Source: Adineta vaga
Taxonomy: Eukaryota > Animalia > Rotifera
Length of the DNA: 64,000 bases
Direction: 5' to 3'
NCBI GenBank assembly: GCA_021613535.1
Contig: CP075493.1
Location: 10,540,001-10,604,000 of the forward strand
The notes beneath the pieces are model-generated. The model saw nothing but the letters and a program-made list of their open reading frames with translations. It did not search any database and had not been told where the DNA came from. Made by a program: the position numbers and the translations under genes. Below, in pieces: positions 62,302 to 64,000 of the stretch (position 1 is its first letter; each line of letters starts with the position of its first letter).

Positions 62302-63627
62302 CAATATGTGCATGTCAGATCTTTTTTTTTGTTTTTATATGAATATATATATATAATTGTATATAGATTAATGTACAGATAAATGAAGAAATTTGTTGAA
62401 TTTAATAAAACAATTATTTACATGTTAACTTTGCTTATAAATAAATTAATGAAAATTTTTTTAATTGTTTTTAATATTAGAATGATCGTATTATTTATAT
62501 TTTAGGATGAAACTGATTCGGATAGATGGAAGTTGAATTCTAAGCTCGGAGTGTGTTTCGAACTGATTCATGAAAAACTGACGATATGTCGGGATCTTGC
62601 GCTAGTCTATTCTGTTAGTAGACTTTGATTAGTTGATTTGGTAACTGAACCCAGGTCAATGAATACAAAGTCAGTGTACCTCTGTAAACGGTAGTGAACG
62701 TTTACCATACTACTGTTTATGATCGTTTTGTTTTATCTTGGTTTATTTTTTATCGCATTTTCAGTATCGGCTAATTTTTGTCGTTGTACTCTTTCATAGT
62801 TAAATAGCTTTTTGGGCTAAATTGAGAAAATTTTAACGATATTAATATCGACATGGACCATTGCTTTTGTGTTTTTCGATTGACTAATAACTGTACACAA
62901 ACTATATAGTATAGAGGTTAAAATAAAACATGAATAAGACAATATCATGAAGAGAGATAAACGATAGAACGAAAAAGCCAGTAGCGACTATTTTCATTAA
63001 GAATAAATACATAAAACACGTCAAATATTTAGATATCTAAAATTAATATAAAACATTGCCTTGATTTCTCTAGATAATTGATTGGTAACAGACCTTGCAA
63101 TGAATAACACCCGATCGAGATCGAGTGGAACTTTGCATTTTGTTTGATCCCCAAGACTAATAACATTCGTTTACCTACTAATATTATAAAAATCAGCTTT
63201 TAATCGAGTTACAATTTGATTTAAAAAAAAACTCAGATAAATCCTTCTTTAATTTATTCTGATGATATTAATTATTACAATCGTTGAACAAGATTCAGAA
63301 TGATCAATTTCGTTTCGTTTATTTCTTCATTTCTAAACAAATGACATTCGTTGGACGTATGATCAAATATAATTCTTCGAAAAGATGCATTTTTTTAAAG
63401 AATGAGCTCGGAAGAACAGAATCTGTCAATTATCATTTACGTGTCGTCTTCTAACCGAAATAATACAGTTTAAAGTTATATTACTACAATCTTCGACGAA
63501 AAAAAAAATTCTGTTTTTCTCCTTACAAAAAAAATACCGCTCATTACTTTATCAATTCTGTTCTCTTCTCGTATATGCAAATGAAAAGAGAAAGAGAGAG
63601 AAGAAAAAAACATACATTCTTCGTCAT

Positions 63628-64000
63628 ATGATGATGATGATATCAAATGAAAATCAATTTAAATTAAAATCCAATTTAGAAATTCCCATACACTTCTTAT
63701 GTTCAAGCATTCAACTAGTTTGTATATTTTCTATATTAGGTTTTCAAAGTGTTTTAACAATTACAAAAACGTGTCCATTCTATACAGGCATTGGTTATTG
63801 GTCATTTCCATTTTTAATTATTGCGCCAATTAGTATTGGTATTTTTCTTCAGAAACGAACCTTTATCTACTCTTGTCTATTGATTATTATTCATTTCTGT
63901 TCGAATCTATTTGCCACGTTGATTATTATCATTAGTTTTCTCGTATTAATTGAACAATTTGGAATATCATGTGCGACAACAACTGATTATTCGTTTGCAT
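63628..64000 (+). CDS. Multi-pass membrane protein, possibly MS4A/CD20-like; truncated by window end
   Basis: Open frame MMMMISNENQFKL...FLCSSIQLVCIFSILGFQ...CPFYTGIGYWSFPFLIIAPISIGIF...LLIIIHFCSNLFATLIIIISFLVL runs off the end; three hydrophobic helices visible. Confidence 0.6.
   Translation, partial: MMMMISNENQFKLKSNLEIPIHFLCSSIQLVCIFSILGFQSVLTITKTCPFYTGIGYWSFPFLIIAPISIGIFLQKRTFIYSCLLIIIHFCSNLFATLIIIISFLVLIEQFGISCATTTDYSFA

Noticed and set aside
62500-63600. Possible element or gene downstream of MCPH1
   Set aside because: Only one CCCAGGTCAA terminus-like word, with no matching end and no ORF.

Overview
AT-rich, intron-dense animal DNA (mostly 45-70 nt GT-AG introns). Gene style and compactness suggest a bdelloid rotifer, which is my inference and not provable from the window. 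Conserved genes, in order: CSE1L/exportin-2, an NCS-family EF-hand protein, a NET (noc/elbow/ZNF703) zinc-finger gene, EML5/6, TMEM62, a neuropeptide precursor, an EGF-repeat membrane protein, an SRSF7-like SR protein, TMEM218, a neuropeptide-type GPCR, a second NET gene, a KANSL1-like PEHE protein, snurportin-1, a FAM13-like protein, EAF and MCPH1. There are also two unassigned genes, a 776-bp non-autonomous DNA transposon and a membrane-protein gene cut by the window end. The standout is a 4.4-kb intronless locus (8943-13300). It fuses a Sacsin/NO VEIN-type GHKL ATPase and helical repeats to a bacterial-type DarT (DUF4433) DNA ADP-ribosyltransferase toxin domain. No DarG antitoxin is visible, and two reading-frame lesions cluster in the ATPase half. 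Other notable items are five same-strand gene pairs 57-203 nt apart with unpaired splice acceptors (candidate trans-spliced operons), two convergent genes with overlapping stop codons, a probable poison-exon intron in the SR gene and an unassigned PLWxSR neuropeptide. All family calls come from motif recognition by eye; no database search was run.
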